Below are positions 50,124 through 52,775 of a stretch of 52,775 nt of DNA, one piece after another. The position numbers and the translations under genes are program-made. Where the stretch lies: positions 1-52,775 of the forward strand of contig CAZHPN010000003.1 in NCBI GenBank assembly GCA_964534375.1, given 5' to 3'. The DNA comes from an uncultured bacterium. GTDB lineage: Bacteria > Lernaellota > Lernaellaia > Lernaellales > Lernaellaceae. The notes under the pieces were generated by a model that made no database searches, had not been told where the DNA came from, and worked only from the letters and a program-made list of their open reading frames with translations. Within the stretch, counting starts at the first letter, position 1. Every line of letters begins with the position of its first letter.

Positions 50124-52172
50124 ATGGACGTCGAACCCGTCAGCCGCGTCGAAGCACTCGACGACACCGGCCCGGCCGACCGCGGCGCGCATCCCTTTCG
50201 GCGCGAGGCGGCGGTGTGGGTCGCCCTGGCAGTGCTGTGGCTGCTGCTGTTCGGGGTGCGTTTCTTCTATTACACCGATTACGTCTACGAAAACGAGCAG
50301 ACTACCGACGGCATGCTGACCCGCGGTCTGCGCGACGGCCTCGTCGATTCGCCGTGGTGTTATCAATATATGCCGTATGCCCACGGCCCGCTGGTTTACG
50401 GTTTGCTGTTGCTGCCTTTCTTTTGGCTCGGCGGCTCGAAACTGCTGTGGATCAAACTCCTCGGCGCGGCGTTCGCCGCCGGCGGGGTCGCGATCTGGAC
50501 GGTCGTTCTGCGCCGCTGGTGCGGATTCGCCGCCGCCGTCACATTTTTCCTGTTGTGCCTGCTGCCGTCGCCGTTTCTGGATCGGCGGCTCCATCTGGCG
50601 GTCGCCAACCATATGGAGAGCATCTTTTTCGTCGGCCTGCTGGCCTGGCTCTTTCTCCGGCAGGAAAACATTTCGTTGCGGACCTGGCCGGCGGCCGAAA
50701 TTGGTTGGCTCGCCGGATTCGCGTCGTTCTTTTGCTTCCATAACCTGGCGATGGCTGCGGCGGTCGGCGTCGCGATCGGCTGGCGTTGGCGGGCGCACGG
50801 CGTCGCGCGGCTGCTCTGGCCCGTCGGGCCGGCGTTCGCGCTCGGCTTCGCGCCGCACTGGCTGTCGCCGTGGGCGATGACGGTCGTCACGCCGGGGAGT
50901 CTGCGGCAGGCGCCGGGATTCGCGTTGTGGGCGCGCAGTCAACTCGGCGCCTTGGCGCAACTGCCGGGCTACGCTTGGCCGGGGCTGTCGCCGGCGCTGA
51001 TGGCGCTGGCGGGCGTGGGGCTGGCCGTTCATTTGACGAGGCCGGCTGCGACGGCCGGGCGTCCGGCGCGCGATGTCTGGCTGAGCCGCCTGGCGCTGCT
51101 GTACGCCGTTTTTTTCCTGGCCGCCGCGAGCCGCGCCGAACTGCAGTTCCAGCAGGAATATTTCAAGGGTCTGCGCTATCTCACGCCGTTGTTTGCGCTG
51201 AGCCTGGCGTGTTTTTCCATGCTCGTCGAGCGCGTTCCCCGGGTCGCGAAATGGCTGCTGCCGGCGCCGTTTCTGGCTGCCGGGGCGGTTTTTCTGGCGG
51301 CGTCCGCGCCGCACCACGCGGCTTACTTCCGCGACGGGTGGCGCCGGCTGGCGACCGTCCGCGGCGATGACAATCAGGCCTTCGTTTACGTCAACCTGCC
51401 CCGTTGGTGGGGCCAAATGAAGCGGCCCGAGGACGCACGGCTGGCCGCGATCTCGCGACTGCCGCCGGCGTGGCAGGGCGACGGCTGGTGCGCGTTCGCG
51501 CGGGCGCTGGGTCCGGAGAACGTCGTCTACCGCCTCGTCAACGATCGCCAATGGGCGGGGGGCCGGCGGTCGCTGGCGGCGCGCTGTGCGACGGAGGCCG
51601 TGTCGTGGCCCGAACGCGACGACAACCTGGCAACCGCGGCGGCGGCGATCGACGAATTGGCGCAGCTCGACCCGGCGTTGGCGGCGTCGTTTATGGAGGG
51701 CTACGCCGCGGCGCTGATGTCGCGCACCGCGGTCATCGATCGCGTTTATTTCGCCAAGACGTCGCCGGCGACCGGCGATCGCCTGGAACGAATCGATTAC
51801 GCCGCATTTTCCGGGCCGCTCCGCGCCTTTTTTGCCCACGCCGCGGAAAAAATGCCGAACCCTGCCGCCGCGTTCTTTCGCGGCGGCGGCCGCTGGCTCG
51901 GCTTTCTCATCAACCCGCCCGCGCCGGCCGCGGCGGCGATTTGGACCCAAATCCTCGGTTGCGAAATGGACGCGGCGGCGACCGCGGCCTTTGCGCAAGG
52001 CGTTGCCGATGGCCAGGCGCTCTATCTATTGACCACCCGCACCCGTTTCACGATGGAGCCGCCGCTGACGAATCTGCCGCTCATCCGGCAGGCGTTGGCG
52101 GACCGCGGGGTAAATCTGCGCGCCGATCCGAACCGGCCCGATGAATTCATCATCGAGGAACCCGGCCCATAA
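50124..52172 (+). CDS. Polytopic membrane protein, GT-C-like; paralog of 35206-37692
   Basis: AAAGGA RBS; DGMLTRGLRDG..SPWCYQY.P..HGPL, ANHMES and RGDDN motifs. Confidence 0.7.
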   Translation: MDVEPVSRVEALDDTGPADRGAHPFRREAAVWVALAVLWLLLFGVRFFYYTDYVYENEQTTDGMLTRGLRDGLVDSPWCYQYMPYAHGPLVYGLLLLPFFWLGGSKLLWIKLLGAAFAAGGVAIWTVVLRRWCGFAAAVTFFLLCLLPSPFLDRRLHLAVANHMESIFFVGLLAWLFLRQENISLRTWPAAEIGWLAGFASFFCFHNLAMAAAVGVAIGWRWRAHGVARLLWPVGPAFALGFAPHWLSPWAMTVVTPGSLRQAPGFALWARSQLGALAQLPGYAWPGLSPALMALAGVGLAVHLTRPAATAGRPARDVWLSRLALLYAVFFLAAASRAELQFQQEYFKGLRYLTPLFALSLACFSMLVERVPRVAKWLLPAPFLAAGAVFLAASAPHHAAYFRDGWRRLATVRGDDNQAFVYVNLPRWWGQMKRPEDARLAAISRLPPAWQGDGWCAFARALGPENVVYRLVNDRQWAGGRRSLAARCATEAVSWPERDDNLATAAAAIDELAQLDPALAASFMEGYAAALMSRTAVIDRVYFAKTSPATGDRLERIDYAAFSGPLRAFFAHAAEKMPNPAAAFFRGGGRWLGFLINPPAPAAAAIWTQILGCEMDAAATAAFAQGVADGQALYLLTTRTRFTMEPPLTNLPLIRQALADRGVNLRADPNRPDEFIIEEPGP

Positions 52173-52204
52173 CAACGGGCGAGGCCCGTAGCCCCGTCCG
52201 TCTC

Positions 52205-52280
52205 TCAGCTTGACGATTTCAAGCTCATTCTCCATTTCCTTGGGCGCCGACGGTTTGACGTCGATGGCGTACGTAGCCAC
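52205..52280 (-). pseudogene. Possible RelE/ParE toxin remnant
   Basis: MATYAIDVKPSAPKEMEN resembles a RelE N-terminus and is joined directly to a C-terminal-like ELEIVKL. Confidence 0.4.
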
Positions 52281-52534
52281 GCAGGCGTCCGCGTTTGATC
52301 AGATCGGCTTTGACGGCCGCCAACGGAACGCCTTTCTCCTTGTTGAGGCGAATTAGAATCTCGCCGGGCATCGACTGCGACATACGTGAAAATAAGTCTT
52401 GACGCCCCCCCCGCTCGATAACTTACAATCGCCTTCCAGAAGTGCTCGCACCTTGGATTTTTCAACAAACGCTTCGGCAACGAGACAGGTTTGTTTTCTT
52501 GACGAACGCCACACGGCGAACAGGAGTCCGCGAG

Positions 52535-52775
52535 ATGAAAAATCTTCGATGGCTAATTCTTTTGATTGCACTTTTGTCATGCGTTCTGCTGGTCGCAGCC
52601 TGCGGCGGCAAGAGCAGCAGCAGCGGCAGCAGCCGCCCTGCTGTGGACGACGACGACAACGATAACGACGACGCCTCGCCGGACGACGATGACGACAATG
52701 ACGACGACAACGACACCGTCGACGACGATGACGACAATGACGACGACAACGACACCGTCGACGACGATGACGACA
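52535..52775 (+). CDS. Asp-rich lipoprotein, 3' truncated by the window; N-terminus similar to 38501-40270
   Basis: Hand translation MKNLRWLILLIALLSCVLLVAACGGKSSSSGSSRPAVDDDDNDNDDASPDDD...; AGGAG RBS; absent from the ORF track because there is no stop. Confidence 0.82.
   Translation, partial: MKNLRWLILLIALLSCVLLVAACGGKSSSSGSSRPAVDDDDNDNDDASPDDDDDNDDDNDTVDDDDDNDDDNDTVDDDDD

Noticed and set aside
52399..52429. Promoter TTGACG-N19-TACAAT listed as a separate feature
   Set aside because: The 19-bp spacer is non-optimal, so it is used only as weak support in the module finding.

Overview
GC-rich bacterial chromosomal segment. The mfd-PPIase-PPIase-surA order and the many Asp-rich lipoproteins suggest a deltaproteobacterial-type lineage (inference only). 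I found no rRNA, tRNA, CRISPR array or intact transposase. Left part (1-33 kb): a surface-glycan operon (GT2, YdjC/NaxD-like deacetylase, sulfatase-like protein, methyltransferase), an exported TldD-type protease, a TPR protein and a broken hicB(A). These are followed by mfd with three parvulin/SurA foldases, a Nudix hydrolase, a GT-C-like membrane protein, an EEP hydrolase, an epimerase/two-ACAD/acetoacetate-decarboxylase-family cluster, a decayed patch (about 25.5-28.6 kb), recD2 and a methylmalonyl-CoA mutase large subunit. Right part (33-52.8 kb): almost entirely exported or envelope genes. It holds a BPI/LBP-like lipid-binding protein, two copies of a module pairing a GT-C-like membrane protein with an Asp-rich lipoprotein, two tandem subtilases with Cys/TM/Arg C-terminal tails, a GT2, a vapBC-type TA pair and a GH123-like/lipoprotein operon. 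Intergenic spaces carry many 7-, 9- and 10-mer tandem arrays, REP-like palindromes and two candidate structured RNAs.
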